Below are positions 20,496-31,273 of a DNA stretch of 64,000 nt, in pieces; position 1 is the first letter of the stretch, and every line of letters begins with the position of its first letter. The position numbers and the translations under genes were made by a program. Where the stretch lies: the IMG/VR virus record IMGVR_UViG_3300031992_000046, positions 36,410 to 100,409 of that record; one strand, written 5' to 3'. A model generated the notes under the pieces. It saw only the letters and a list, made by a program, of their open reading frames with translations, did not search any database and was not told the origin of the DNA. Source of the DNA: a virus (lineage: Duplodnaviria > Caudoviricetes).

Positions 20496-21200
20496 TCAGA
20501 TTCTTACTGGATTTGTACTCGTAAGTTCTTTTACTTGTCTCTCCAGGAATTTCTCTCGTCTTTCAAGTTCTTCGTCAACCGGAATAATCAGCTCGCTGTA
20601 GGGCAGATTGTGCATCCACTTACAAAATTCCCGCCACTCGGGAAGCCTGTGGTCTTTTCTCTGACGGTAAATCGTTTTGAGCTGCCTGTAGTTGGTCGTT
20701 AACCCTGCGGTCAGTTTAAAGCCCGCCGGATTGCTGTACAGGATTTCGAGATATTTCTTTTTGACGAGGTCGCCCGGGTAGTCCTGTTCGCTGCACATCC
20801 AGTTGTATTCGTCCACAAGAGAGTGCATAATCTTGATTATCTCGGGGTTGACGTATTCGTTATATGCCGAGTCAAGGTCGAATCGCGTAATGCGGTGCAT
20901 CGTGCTCTGGCTGCTGACGAAGTCGATAAAGTGGTAGCGTTCCATTTCAACCCACGCCTTGTTGGAAAACGTGAGGTCGAACTGGACGATGATTCCGGTG
21001 AGCCATTGGTCGTGTCCTGAGCCCGGGGCGCTGAGGGCGAGATTTCTTATTCCGTCCGTCAGGTTTGCACTTATGTCCGACAGGTCTGTACACATGGGGA
21101 ACTTGGCGCGTCGGACGCTGTCGTCGAGCCCGTAGACACGGATATTATCCACCAAGCCTTTCAAGGGCTTGACGTTATAGTAGATTGGTTTGTCAGACAT
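20496..21200 (-). CDS. ThyX-like (FAD-dependent thymidylate synthase-related) protein
   Basis: ERYH...SSQSTMH and NYRQL...R..H.LPEW motifs. Confidence 0.55.
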   Translation of the reverse strand: MSDKPIYYNVKPLKGLVDNIRVYGLDDSVRRAKFPMCTDLSDISANLTDGIRNLALSAPGSGHDQWLTGIIVQFDLTFSNKAWVEMERYHFIDFVSSQSTMHRITRFDLDSAYNEYVNPEIIKIMHSLVDEYNWMCSEQDYPGDLVKKKYLEILYSNPAGFKLTAGLTTNYRQLKTIYRQRKDHRLPEWREFCKWMHNLPYSELIIPVDEELERREKFLERQVKELTSTNPVRI

Positions 21201-21209
21201 TGTGTCTCC

Positions 21210-24200
21210 TTAATAAATATGGTCGTAGTTTGTCATGGTGTAATAACCGTTCTGCAGTTCAAAACCCTTGCAGTAGATTATGTCGTCTTTCTTGATCGGG
21301 TCGTGGTCGTACAACGTGTTGAACACCGTGAAGCGGGCTTCCTTGCCGCTGCCGAGCGATTTGGTCGTGATCACCCAGCCGAATTGTTTGCCGTCGCGTT
21401 TCCGCTTGGCAGGGAACAGGGAAGTGACGTAAAGTTTCCGCCTGTCTTCCTCTTTGCCCGTGACGTAACCTTGATAACCCATTATGTCTGCGAAGTTTCT
21501 GACTTTCAGCAGGTCGGACAGGTCGTCAAGGTGAAGAGCGCGTATGGCGTCTTCGGTTTCATCGATTATGGAGTCGACGTCGAGCAGGGTATAGCACTTT
21601 GCGATTCCGCCCGACTTGGTAATTCCCACGGCGTATTTCTGAATTATCGGCTCGAGAGGCGTGCCGTCGACTTTTTCCTTGGATATCTTCTTGCAATCGC
21701 CTCTTTTAAATGTGTCATAAAACATCTCTTTTATGCGCAATAATTCGCGTTGATTTCCAAATTCTTCGAAGAAATCCAGCTTGATGAGTATGTCGAGTTG
21801 CCTTAAATCAAGCGAAGTTCGGGTGTTTATACCCCTCAGAACGTCGACAAAACGCTTGAATTCCCGTGAGCTGTGCGACAGTTCGTAAAGTTCCACCGCC
21901 GCTTTTGCCCCCATATACTTGAGTGAGGCAAGCCCTTTTGCGATTATGTTCTTTTCGGGGTCAAAGAAATACTCCCCTCTCGAAATACCCCAGCGCGGGG
22001 CGGTCACTTTTATGCCGACCTTATTAGCGTACTTTGCAATTTCCGCCGTCTTGTCGAGGTTGTCTCCGAACACGTTCAGCGCCGCCGTGAGAAATTCCAG
22101 CGGATGATAGTAGCGCAGATAGCCACAGATGTAACCGAGTGCAGAGTATGAGTCGGAGTGGTTCCACGAGAACGCGTAAGCCGACGCGTCGAGTATGACC
22201 TTGATAAACGGTTCGATTACTTCGGCACATCTGTCTTTCGCAAGCCCGTAGTGTTCGGACGTGTATTTGATAAACCGCTTTCGGATTTCCGGAAGCAGCT
22301 TTTCCGTTCCTTTTTTCTTCGCAATTCCCCGTCGGACGGTGTCCGACTCCGCAGCGGAATACCCGCAGAATTTTACGAGGAACTGCATTATCGTTTCCTG
22401 CATGGCGATTCGTCCCGCCTCGGGTGCGAGGAACTCGTTAAGCTCATCAAACCCGTTGTCGTAGAATTCGCCGTTTGCGACGGAATCTCTGAAACTCGCA
22501 CACGCCGGTCTGATAAGGCCGTTCCCGAACGAGAGCCATTTAAGCATTGAGAAGTTCGGGATACGTTCGCGGGCTCTTTTAATCGTTGCATCGGACATAA
22601 ACTTTTTCAGGTACGTCTGTGCGCTCCGAGATTCCCATTGGAATATCAGCGTGGTGTCGTCGCGTATGCTTTTCCACACCGCCTCATCCTCGAGGTCAGT
22701 GTTGTCCGGCGTAAGGCGTTCGATGCCGAGCATCTTGCAGGTTTCATTTATTACCGCCACATTGTCGAGCCCAAGTATGTCGAGCTTCACGAAAAACTGA
22801 TCGTCCAGCTCCTTCATATTAAGCATTGACACGGGGTAGTCTGATGAAGAAATGCTGCAAAGCCCTATCCTCTCGTCAATTGGTAGGTCGCTGAGCAATA
22901 CACCCGATGGGTGTGTCCCCACAGATACAATCGTTCCGTTGATTATATCGACGTAATCGAATATCTGAGGATACTTTGCCCGTATCTCAGCCTCGTGGTC
23001 GTCAAGCTCTCTGCTGATTTCATCTGAAAGTTTCATGTAGTTGACGAGTTCTGAGTCTTTGTACAGAGCCCTGCATACGTCACGGACTGCGCCCTTCAGG
23101 GCGATTGTGTTGAACGTGATGATTTCCGCGCTGCGAATTGTCGGAATGTTCATATGGTCGCGAAGCAGAAATTCTTTAACCGTATCGCGGTCTTTCCCGC
23201 CATAGTCTGAGTCCACATCAGCGTTGGTCACGCGAGAAGGGTTCATAAAGCGGAAGAAGTTAAGTCCGAACCTCAGACTGTCCATTTGCGTAATACCAAG
23301 CAGATACGCTATCATACTGCCTGATACCGAGCCTCTGCCGTATCCGCACTGTATACCGTGGTCTCTTTCCCACTCACGCAAATACGTTTGAAGGAGCATA
23401 AAGTCAATCGACTTTGTCGCCTTGTAAACCTCGAGCTCTTCCGCTACCGTCTTTTCCAGTTCTTCGCGGGTGTGATTTTTCAATGCATACGGGTGCGAGT
23501 CTATCGCCTCCCGTATTTTTTTCTCAAAAGTCTCTTCCGGGTGGTCGTAGATATGCGGATACTTGGTTCCGCAGTCTATCTTAAACTCCTCGACCATATC
23601 GGCGAGGACGTTTGTATTCTTGATTGCAGTGATATAATCGGCAGTTTCCAGCGTTTGCTGCCGTTCGTACGATTCTACAAGTTCGTCGTACGTTTTAAAC
23701 TTGAGATCCCAGCCTTCCTCTCCGTCAAAGCGGATGTTCTTTGCTTGCTGGAGAATCGTGCGGCCTTTCTCGTGAGTCGCGTCGAGAACGTGAGTGTCGG
23801 TGCCCGCTATGAGCGGGACACCGGTCTCACGATGCAGGCTGAGCATGCGTCGGTTGTACAGTTTCTGTTTGTCGTCGGGGTGATGCCCGATTTCCAGGAA
23901 GCAGCGGTCTTTATTCTTTTCCATAAAGCGCAAGAACGTTTCCTGTAGTTCGGGTGAACCCTTGCCGAAAACCCCGCCGACGCAAGCCGATGTTATTATC
24001 AGGTTGTCAGACGCCCCAAACAGTTCGTCAAATGTTATTCTCGGTGTGTAGTAAAAATGCCCGTCTTTCCTGTTAAAACTCTTTGTGACAAGCGAATTGA
24101 GTTCAAGGAAGCCGTCGTAATTACGGGCGATGATAACGCAGTGGTAGTTATCGCGCACTTTTTCTTCAAGCGACTCGGTGAGATAGGCTTCGACGCCGTG

Positions 24201-24413
24201 CAGATATTTCATACCGGCACCCTCGATTGCACATTTTTTATGCCACCACTCAAAAACCGAGCCGTGTTCGGAAAAACCGAGCGCTTTCATTCCACACTCA
24301 CTCGCCCGCTCAACGTATTGCCCGAACTTTGTAACCGAGTCAACGTTTGTAACGCCGTTTGACAGGTCGCTGTGCAGGTGATAAATCACATAGTTGTCGG
24401 GCGGAGACGTCAT
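21210..24413 (-). CDS. dnaE: DNA polymerase III alpha subunit
   Basis: PHP domain (HLHS), GRGSVSGS, ADVDSD, KLDILGL, YAFSWNHS. Confidence 0.95.
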   Translation of the reverse strand: MTSPPDNYVIYHLHSDLSNGVTNVDSVTKFGQYVERASECGMKALGFSEHGSVFEWWHKKCAIEGAGMKYLHGVEAYLTESLEEKVRDNYHCVIIARNYDGFLELNSLVTKSFNRKDGHFYYTPRITFDELFGASDNLIITSACVGGVFGKGSPELQETFLRFMEKNKDRCFLEIGHHPDDKQKLYNRRMLSLHRETGVPLIAGTDTHVLDATHEKGRTILQQAKNIRFDGEEGWDLKFKTYDELVESYERQQTLETADYITAIKNTNVLADMVEEFKIDCGTKYPHIYDHPEETFEKKIREAIDSHPYALKNHTREELEKTVAEELEVYKATKSIDFMLLQTYLREWERDHGIQCGYGRGSVSGSMIAYLLGITQMDSLRFGLNFFRFMNPSRVTNADVDSDYGGKDRDTVKEFLLRDHMNIPTIRSAEIITFNTIALKGAVRDVCRALYKDSELVNYMKLSDEISRELDDHEAEIRAKYPQIFDYVDIINGTIVSVGTHPSGVLLSDLPIDERIGLCSISSSDYPVSMLNMKELDDQFFVKLDILGLDNVAVINETCKMLGIERLTPDNTDLEDEAVWKSIRDDTTLIFQWESRSAQTYLKKFMSDATIKRARERIPNFSMLKWLSFGNGLIRPACASFRDSVANGEFYDNGFDELNEFLAPEAGRIAMQETIMQFLVKFCGYSAAESDTVRRGIAKKKGTEKLLPEIRKRFIKYTSEHYGLAKDRCAEVIEPFIKVILDASAYAFSWNHSDSYSALGYICGYLRYYHPLEFLTAALNVFGDNLDKTAEIAKYANKVGIKVTAPRWGISRGEYFFDPEKNIIAKGLASLKYMGAKAAVELYELSHSSREFKRFVDVLRGINTRTSLDLRQLDILIKLDFFEEFGNQRELLRIKEMFYDTFKRGDCKKISKEKVDGTPLEPIIQKYAVGITKSGGIAKCYTLLDVDSIIDETEDAIRALHLDDLSDLLKVRNFADIMGYQGYVTGKEEDRRKLYVTSLFPAKRKRDGKQFGWVITTKSLGSGKEARFTVFNTLYDHDPIKKDDIIYCKGFELQNGYYTMTNYDHIY

Positions 24414-24700
24414 ATCCAGATGTCCGCTTCGGGGTATTGCTTCAACTGTTCGGCAATCTCTCTGCCTAATTCTGTCAGTTGAAAAGTCGCGTCGGGATCG
24501 ATGTAATTTTCATCCGCGTCGTTGAATGCTTCGCGGACTTCGCTCGGCGTCATTTTCTTTTCGACCGTGACGAGTTTGCTTTCGAGCAAAACCCTTGCGG
24601 TCACCGTGACTTCAACCGTGTCTTCGGGAATCGCGATAACTATGTTCTTTTCGTTCAGTAAAACTTCTTTCTCGTCGTCCAAAACGGAGGCTCCTTTCAT
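24410..24700 (-). CDS. Hypothetical protein
   Basis: Tiling ORF. Confidence 0.65.
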   Translation of the reverse strand: MKGASVLDDEKEVLLNEKNIVIAIPEDTVEVTVTARVLLESKLVTVEKKMTPSEVREAFNDADENYIDPDATFQLTELGREIAEQLKQYPEADIWI

Positions 24701-24707
24701 TCAGATT

Positions 24708-25424
24708 TTACGGGGTCGTGATATAGACATCGCCGTATTGCAGGCCGAACTGTACACACTCGTCATGAGTGTCGAAGTAGATATCGACCCAGTTGCCGAT
24801 AACGCCTGCGTCTTCGGCGATGTAATCATGACCAGCTACCGTTACGATACTCCCGAGCGGAATAACCCTCGGGTCGACCGCGACCGTTCTCCCTTCTGTT
24901 ACTGTAGTTCCCGTATATGTGGTGAAGTTGTCGCAGCACATAGGGCAAGAGCAGTACGCCGTGAGCGTGCATCCTCTTATTACCCACGCGCCGTTTGGCA
25001 CTTCGGAAACGCTTTCAGGTTCCAAAATGGCACTGTCATCGGGCACAATGGCACTTTCCTGCGTTTCCCAGACCGTGGCAGGCTCCGGCTCTTTATCAAC
25101 CGGTGCGGCAACAGTCTCTTCGGACTCCACTTCTGCTTCGGTTTTGGTACCGTGATCCGAGTTGCTGAGTCGATCAGTACCAACCGGAGTGACGAAATCC
25201 GGCTCGTTTGTCTTGGGGGATTTGTGTAAAGAAATGATTTCAGCGCGGCTGACGCCGTCGGTGTTGAGTGTCTCCTCAATGCGAGGAAGACTTTCCGCGT
25301 GTACTGCTTCGGCCCGGCTAAAGCCCGGAGCGGAGCAGATGAGAATTATCGGGGCTGCCGCGTACAGCATTATGACTGCGAATGCGGCAAGCATCCTTTT
25401 AACGATAGCGAATTTTGCTTTCAT
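24708..25424 (-). CDS. 3D-domain (Asp-Asp-Asp) exported protein
   Basis: Signal-like N-term; LTAYC, VAVDPRVIPLGS, AEDAG, VDIY. Confidence 0.85.
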   Translation of the reverse strand: MKAKFAIVKRMLAAFAVIMLYAAAPIILICSAPGFSRAEAVHAESLPRIEETLNTDGVSRAEIISLHKSPKTNEPDFVTPVGTDRLSNSDHGTKTEAEVESEETVAAPVDKEPEPATVWETQESAIVPDDSAILEPESVSEVPNGAWVIRGCTLTAYCSCPMCCDNFTTYTGTTVTEGRTVAVDPRVIPLGSIVTVAGHDYIAEDAGVIGNWVDIYFDTHDECVQFGLQYGDVYITTP

Positions 25425-26382
25425 AGAGTTTTATAAAAACCTCCTGTCCTTTATCGACGGGCGCGTCTTTGTCATCAAGCAACCCGTCGACATCGCGGAG
25501 AAGGAATACATTATTGTATTGCCTCAATCGTGCGATGTTTCTGTCCTTTCGTTCGTCGACTTCTTTGTCGAGAGCAAATGTGACATGCACGCCGAGTTTG
25601 GCGAGCAGTTTCATTTGGTTAGCTGACAGATGCGACGTTAAAATCGCACCTGTGTTGCGAATTCCCCAAGTGTCTGCGAGCAGGACTGATTTACAGCCCT
25701 CAAACAAGATGATTTCGTTTTTCTTTTTTATGTATTCGAGGTTGTCAGACAAACCATATATCGTGTTTATCGTCCCCCACGAATAAAAGTATGTGTACTT
25801 GCGGAGTCCTTTTGCTTTGTAGTCGGGGTCGAGGGTCCGACCTCCGACGTTAACTATCTCACCGGCCTCATTCTTGATAGGGTAAACGAGGCGGTCTGAG
25901 AAAGCATCGTACTTCACACCGAATCGCTTGAGCGAGGCGTCGGAAATACCCTCACGACGCCACGCTTCGAGCTTTGCGGGATTGTCTTCGTACTTTTCCA
26001 TGATTTGTGGCGATAAAACCTTGCTTTTATTCTCTTTTTTATGTGTCCGTGGAGGCGAAAACCGCCTGCAGCGTGTCGTTGCATCAAGTTTTTTCCTCAC
26101 TTTGAGGTCTTTATCATCCACTCCGGCGTACTCTGAAAGCTTTTTTACTGCCTCAGAGCCGGAACACTTGTCGTACGCCTTGATAAACGTTATCAAGTTG
26201 CCGCCGAGACCTGACGAGAAGTCGTAGAACTTCCCGGTCTCTCGGCGAACGGAGAACGACGGGGTCTTTTCGTTGGTGAACGGCGAGAGCGCCCAATATT
26301 CTCCGTTTTTTTCTTCCAGTTCAAGGAACTGGGATAGGTAGTCGACTATGTCGACGGAATCTAAAAGATCGGAAACCTCCAT
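25399..26382 (-). CDS. DNA primase (DnaG-like)
   Basis: CHC2-like N-term (PF.NEKTPSF), GGR, TOPRIM FEG and D.PVD. Confidence 0.9.
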   Translation of the reverse strand: MEVSDLLDSVDIVDYLSQFLELEEKNGEYWALSPFTNEKTPSFSVRRETGKFYDFSSGLGGNLITFIKAYDKCSGSEAVKKLSEYAGVDDKDLKVRKKLDATTRCRRFSPPRTHKKENKSKVLSPQIMEKYEDNPAKLEAWRREGISDASLKRFGVKYDAFSDRLVYPIKNEAGEIVNVGGRTLDPDYKAKGLRKYTYFYSWGTINTIYGLSDNLEYIKKKNEIILFEGCKSVLLADTWGIRNTGAILTSHLSANQMKLLAKLGVHVTFALDKEVDERKDRNIARLRQYNNVFLLRDVDGLLDDKDAPVDKGQEVFIKLYESKIRYR

Positions 26383-26433
26383 ATTGAACTCTCCGATGAT
26401 TGTTTACTGAATTTGGATTTACTGAAACTAATT

Positions 26434-27771
26434 TCAGTAGGGAATATGCGGTATGTGCTGCTTGGCCTCTTCATAAAGAATTAGATTCCCGTTGAAGTTG
26501 AGGTCGATATATTCCCCTGCGGCCATTTGCATCCCGTTACGGTTGAGAATTACCCTCAACTTTTTGTTCCCGCACTCAGCGCCGTCAGCTTCGATTTCTT
26601 CGGGGGTTTTATCCTGAATAATCGCGATTGTACTCGCGTTCCTGCCTATTTTTGCGGAGTCTGCTACCTTACCGGTCGCGGTTGCCTGGGCTGCGCCTAT
26701 TCCGCAAATACCCATATCCCCGCATATCCTGTTCTTAACGAGGTCGACGAACCGACCAAGCTCCTGATATGAATCAAAAGCGTCGCCGTCGCCCGACCCC
26801 TTGAAGTAATCCACTATCAGCACGTCAAGTCCTTGTGTATGCTGGACTTTTTTGACCGCTGTGTAGATTGTCTGCTGGTCAAACATAGGCAAATAGAGAT
26901 GGACGAACTTTCTTGTCTTCATCCAGTCCCTCGCCTCGTCGATTTTCTTTGCCTCGTCTCCGGAGTAATTCCCGGCAGTAAGCCGTTTGAACTCAACTCC
27001 GGACAGATGCGATAAAACTCTCGCCGTGAACAGGCGTGTGTTGAGTTCGCTGTCCAGATATAGCACCGCGAGGTCTCTTTTCAGCAAATCGATTGCACAG
27101 TTGAGAAGCATTATTGATTTACCTTGCTTAGCTTCTGCAGAAAAGATGAAAAGTTCCCCGGGTTCTATCGTGGCGTACTCGTTTAGTGTCTTGAACTTGA
27201 AGGGTATGCCGGAAAACCCGGAACCCTGACGTTCTTTTATCTGTTCCCAGCAGTCGTCGATTACATCTTTGTACTGCGGTATCTCGTTGGTTGTCGAGAA
27301 ATCCGCCATAACGTCGTCAAGCGTTGTATATATCTTCTGCTCGATGTTTTCCGCTGACCTGTCGAGGCAAAGAGCCTCGCAATCCTTCAGTCGCTTGAAC
27401 GTATCTCTGCGAAAAGCCGCGTCCATAACGTTCTTGACGCATAATAAGTATTCTTCTACCGTATTTCTCGCAAGAACGTCGCTGACGTCGATAAGATCCT
27501 GAAGTTCCTCGACGGTTATCGTGCTGGACAATCGCCTTGTTGCTTCATTTGAGTTGAGATACTCGGTAATGTTGTAAGCGTCAACGTGATTGATCCCCTG
27601 CTGTGCAAGTCCGCACAGCGCTGTGTAAATTAACCTGTTGTCGTTGTTCGTAAAGTGGTTTGGGAGCAAAAACTCTGAATAAAAACAGAGTTCCGGTCTG
27701 TGGATCAGCGAAGCTATTACTCCGCTCTCGCTTTCCAAACTGTTGATATCTTCGACACGCAACCGCATCAC
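26434..27771 (-). CDS. Replicative DnaB-like helicase
   Basis: Walker A AEAKQGKS, LDSEL, LIVDY, NRNG. Confidence 0.9.
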   Translation of the reverse strand: MMRLRVEDINSLESESGVIASLIHRPELCFYSEFLLPNHFTNNDNRLIYTALCGLAQQGINHVDAYNITEYLNSNEATRRLSSTITVEELQDLIDVSDVLARNTVEEYLLCVKNVMDAAFRRDTFKRLKDCEALCLDRSAENIEQKIYTTLDDVMADFSTTNEIPQYKDVIDDCWEQIKERQGSGFSGIPFKFKTLNEYATIEPGELFIFSAEAKQGKSIMLLNCAIDLLKRDLAVLYLDSELNTRLFTARVLSHLSGVEFKRLTAGNYSGDEAKKIDEARDWMKTRKFVHLYLPMFDQQTIYTAVKKVQHTQGLDVLIVDYFKGSGDGDAFDSYQELGRFVDLVKNRICGDMGICGIGAAQATATGKVADSAKIGRNASTIAIIQDKTPEEIEADGAECGNKKLRVILNRNGMQMAAGEYIDLNFNGNLILYEEAKQHIPHIPY

Positions 27772-28553
27772 CTCTTTCGCATCATTTCATAGTATTCACA
27801 TTCCTCGTACAGTCCGCAAAGACTGTTGCAGGAAAAGTAATCGTAGTTTGGGTAGAATTCCTCTACGTTTTTGATACGCTCTGTCGTTCTGACCGCCCAC
27901 CGTTTTGCTTCCTCGAGCTTTTCGGGGTCAAAAACCTCTTCTATGACCTCGCCGTTGCGGAAACAGTTGAAGCAGAGCTTTGTGGGATATTTCCCATATT
28001 TGGACTTGACTGCTTCGGCGTAGACGTAGAGCTGAACGAGCATTTCATCGAGCTCTTTGTCTTTTACCGTCGGTTTTGCCCGCTTTGAGCGCTGCCTCAG
28101 CTCTCTGGACTTGTGGTCGACGATGATTATGTCGCCGTCCCGTTCACCGAGAAGGTCAATATAGCACAGGAAGGGAAGGCCGGCGAAGTCGAACCGGATT
28201 TCTTCCTCAATTCCAAGCAAGTTGAACTCGAACGGCTCGAACGTTTCAATATAGTTGAGCGCCTGCGAGATATATTTCTCCACGGTGCCGCCCGGAGGAC
28301 GGTTCCCGCCAACTTCGCTTGAAAACCCAGTCAAAAACCGCATTTTCATCTGCTGTCGGGTGAGTTCGCCGCTGTAAAACTGTGCGAGCAGCGAGTGCAT
28401 AAAGGAACCGAACGACGAATAGAACATCGGCTCCTCTTCAAGCCCGAGTATGTAGTGCTGATACCACTTATACGGGCAGTCGTCGAAGGTTTTGATGCGG
28501 GAGTAGCTCCACGTCATATCCCCTATGAGAGGACGATAGATTTCCCCCGCCAT
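27768..28553 (-). CDS. PD-(D/E)XK nuclease, Cas4/AddB-like
   Basis: WSYSR..CP, IDL...DHKS, QLYVY, C-terminal Cys cluster. Confidence 0.85.
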   Translation of the reverse strand: MAGEIYRPLIGDMTWSYSRIKTFDDCPYKWYQHYILGLEEEPMFYSSFGSFMHSLLAQFYSGELTRQQMKMRFLTGFSSEVGGNRPPGGTVEKYISQALNYIETFEPFEFNLLGIEEEIRFDFAGLPFLCYIDLLGERDGDIIIVDHKSRELRQRSKRAKPTVKDKELDEMLVQLYVYAEAVKSKYGKYPTKLCFNCFRNGEVIEEVFDPEKLEEAKRWAVRTTERIKNVEEFYPNYDYFSCNSLCGLYEECEYYEMMRKR

Positions 28554-28556
28554 AGA

Positions 28557-28946
28557 TTAGAACGGGAGGTCGCTGCCGGAACTTTCGGGTTCGGCTTCGG
28601 CCGCCGCCTCCACTTTCTTTTCAACTGCGCTTTCTGCGCTGCCTGAGCCGCCGTCGTCGGCAAGTTCAAAGTTGAAAACCTTGAAGTTGGTGTACTCTTT
28701 GTTGGCCTCTTTGTCGTACCTGTTGCAAACGTCGACGTCGCCTATCTTGATGCGCTGTTTTGCTGTGAGGTGAAGCGCTTTTGCAGCGCAAGCGGTACCG
28801 ACAAAGTCAACGTAACCGCTGAAGTCCTGTTCGTACTGACCCGTTTTCGGGTTCTTTCTGTTGATTGAGATACGACCTCTGGTCATAGTCTCGCTCTTGG
28901 GAAAAATTTCCCAGACGGTACAATAAGTGTTTGCTCTGAATCCCAT
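28557..28946 (-). CDS. Single-stranded DNA-binding protein
   Basis: OB-fold size, acidic tail ending DLPF. Confidence 0.8.
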   Translation of the reverse strand: MGFRANTYCTVWEIFPKSETMTRGRISINRKNPKTGQYEQDFSGYVDFVGTACAAKALHLTAKQRIKIGDVDVCNRYDKEANKEYTNFKVFNFELADDGGSGSAESAVEKKVEAAAEAEPESSGSDLPF

Positions 28947-28947
28947 A

Positions 28948-29703
28948 TTATTCTTCTTCTTTCTTTTCAGGTGTTTCAGCCGGAACTTTCTTTGACTTAG
29001 CCGGCTTTTCGTCTTTGTTCAGGTATGCTTTGGCAAAATCCTCGACAAGTTTCTTGGCAAGTGCAGGATCTTTAATGGAGAGATAGTCGCCCTTCTTGGC
29101 GTATCTCGAGATGAACGCCTTGACGTCTTCCGCCTTGTCGGTGTTATCTGCGAGGTAGGTGCGCACCGTCGTATCGAATTCCTCGATTATCGACGCGGTG
29201 ATTGCTCTGTCTTCCGCTTCTGCTGCTGCCTTCTGTTTGCTTCTGTAAGCGTCTACGTCAGAGTCGACCTGTGGAATCTGGAAGTAATCGGTCAGGAAAT
29301 ACCTTGTGCAGTATGTAAGACCGCTTCCGAATGCCTGAGAGGGGTCTGCCTGTGCTCCGACAACCACCCACGGCACGTCGAGATTGTCGCCGGTTTCATC
29401 GTCGACCCAGCGGAAAATCATATCTCCGCAGGCGAGATATTCGGTTGTCGTCTGGTCGTAGGTCTGTCCTGCTTTGTTTATTTTCGTGTTGACTGTGACC
29501 TGCTGACTAACGTTCACCGTGCCCGGGGTGATGAGAGGGATGAGCGAAATACCGTATTTCGCCATACCCGCTTTGACCTTTGCGAGAATGTCGGTAACGT
29601 CGGCGTAGGTATAGTTAAAACCTTTCTTGCTTTTGACAACGACGTCCGCTATCGCTCTGATCTTGGCGAGCTTCTGATAGAGGTTGAGTCTTTCTTCGTC
29701 CAA
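28948..29703 (-). CDS. ERF-family single-strand annealing protein
   Basis: LYQKL, YTYA, QAFGSGLTYCTRYFL motif; TTG start after AAGGAG. Confidence 0.85.
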   Translation of the reverse strand: MDEERLNLYQKLAKIRAIADVVVKSKKGFNYTYADVTDILAKVKAGMAKYGISLIPLITPGTVNVSQQVTVNTKINKAGQTYDQTTTEYLACGDMIFRWVDDETGDNLDVPWVVVGAQADPSQAFGSGLTYCTRYFLTDYFQIPQVDSDVDAYRSKQKAAAEAEDRAITASIIEEFDTTVRTYLADNTDKAEDVKAFISRYAKKGDYLSIKDPALAKKLVEDFAKAYLNKDEKPAKSKKVPAETPEKKEEE

Positions 29704-29764
29704 TGTGCTTCTCCTTTCATTCTGATTTGTGTATATATTCTCCTCGCGGAGTTTCCACACAATA

Positions 29765-29797
29765 GAAAAAACCGTCGAAACGGTTTCGACGGTTTCT
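29765..29797. terminator. Intrinsic terminator
   Basis: aaaccgtcgaaa-cgg-tttcgacggttt hairpin. Confidence 0.7.
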
Positions 29798-29819
29798 CTT
29801 TATTTAATTGTGTCTGAGG

Positions 29820-30749
29820 TCAGACGAGTGTCAGCTTCCAGCGCTCGTAGTCTTTACGCGCCTCTACGTTCTTCAGAACGAGCGAACGCGGGTTTTCCGG
29901 GTTGGGTGCTACTGTATAAAACACTGGTTTTATTCCCGCGATTTCGCGCTCGTACGCCCTGTAGAACATACCTGAAATGGCCACTCGTCTGTACGACAGG
30001 TTAATATCGGTTTTTCCGGCGACAACTGCCGCCTTGTTTGCAGTCGCAACTCGCTCCTGCATATTCCTTGCAAGCGATGACGGATTCCCGAAAGCCCGCA
30101 GTATCTTATCACCCGGAACTCGGGGCCTCCTCCACATCATATCGTCCCCCTGCGGAGTGACCGAGTACATATTGAACTCGGTATCTTCACAACAGTGTTT
30201 AAACGAGAAAAGCGACTCTTTGTATATCGGGTATTCCAGACCTTTCAGTCTGATTACCTGATTATTGAAATCAAAGTTTTTAGCGGTCATATCCGCAACT
30301 TCGCCCTCGGGAATACCCGAGTAAGCCAACCAAAGATAGGCGCGCCTCGTAAGTTCAGAGGTGCATCCGCTCTCCGGTGAAAAAATCGTGTCAAGCGTGT
30401 ACTGGAGGTGTAGGGGACTGCGCACTGTGCGCCTCTTCCATTTTTCTATATCGTGCGTGTCGGTTTCGACTTTGAAAATTTCGTCGGTCGCGCCTGGCAC
30501 ACCGTTGTCGATACACCATCTGACATAATTCCTCAGTTTGACCTGGCGCGAACCCATACTGTGAGAGAGCATCCCAACCTTCGTAGCGTTTAACATTTGC
30601 TCGAGTTGTTCGGCGTTCATCCGGCAGACGTCCGTGTCAAATTTCTCTTCGAACGGCGCGGTGGCGTCGAATGTATTGGCTGCCGCTATTCGCGCCCTGA
30701 CCGCAGTTATTGTGGATAGATATCGATTTTTCAGTTCTTCGTTATACAT
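29820..30749 (-). CDS. MrpR-like (tyrosine-recombinase-fold) repressor
   Basis: MYNEELK.R start, Y..WC, L.YSGI, ISG.F pattern resembling SPbeta YopR/MrpR-type proteins; full catalytic set not evident. Confidence 0.55.
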   Translation of the reverse strand: MYNEELKNRYLSTITAVRARIAAANTFDATAPFEEKFDTDVCRMNAEQLEQMLNATKVGMLSHSMGSRQVKLRNYVRWCIDNGVPGATDEIFKVETDTHDIEKWKRRTVRSPLHLQYTLDTIFSPESGCTSELTRRAYLWLAYSGIPEGEVADMTAKNFDFNNQVIRLKGLEYPIYKESLFSFKHCCEDTEFNMYSVTPQGDDMMWRRPRVPGDKILRAFGNPSSLARNMQERVATANKAAVVAGKTDINLSYRRVAISGMFYRAYEREIAGIKPVFYTVAPNPENPRSLVLKNVEARKDYERWKLTLV

Positions 30750-30814
30750 ATTTCCCTCCGGGTTGTGAGGTATATCAATTATATCACAACTTCGGAAGGT
30801 GGACAATGGAACTA

Positions 30815-31273
30815 TTACACAAAATCAATGACTAATGTAATGCTGTTTCTGTGCATATTAGCTGCTTTAAAGAACACCGTAGCCAGACAACCCGTCGGTC
30901 TGGTCTGTTCTTCGACTCGGATCTTGTTGACATCCGCAAGCTCCATAAAACCATCTCTGCCTTTCAGCAGGAGAGTGGGAGGAAGAAGGAATGATTTGAC
31001 AGATGTAAACCGAGACTGGAAGATGGGGATTTTTTCCCATGACGGGTCGTTGCAGTTTTCTGTCGAAAAGATAATTTGCTTTGGTTGATTTTCCGAGAGG
31101 TATTTCTCGAATTCCGTGACTGTAAATGACTGCAAAGTAAACCTCCGAAGATAAATAGTGTTGACTTTGTTGGCATTCTGGGGTAAAATATGTATGGCTC
31201 GACCCACAAACAAGCTATAAGGAACCATACGTTGGCGCGGCTGGTTCCCGGGTTTTTCATTTTTCGCAAACAT
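30815..31273 (-). CDS. Hypothetical protein (start uncertain), likely SOS-regulated
   Basis: ORF downstream of promoter plus LexA box. Confidence 0.5.
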   Translation of the reverse strand: MFAKNEKPGNQPRQRMVPYSLFVGRAIHILPQNANKVNTIYLRRFTLQSFTVTEFEKYLSENQPKQIIFSTENCNDPSWEKIPIFQSRFTSVKSFLLPPTLLLKGRDGFMELADVNKIRVEEQTRPTGCLATVFFKAANMHRNSITLVIDFV

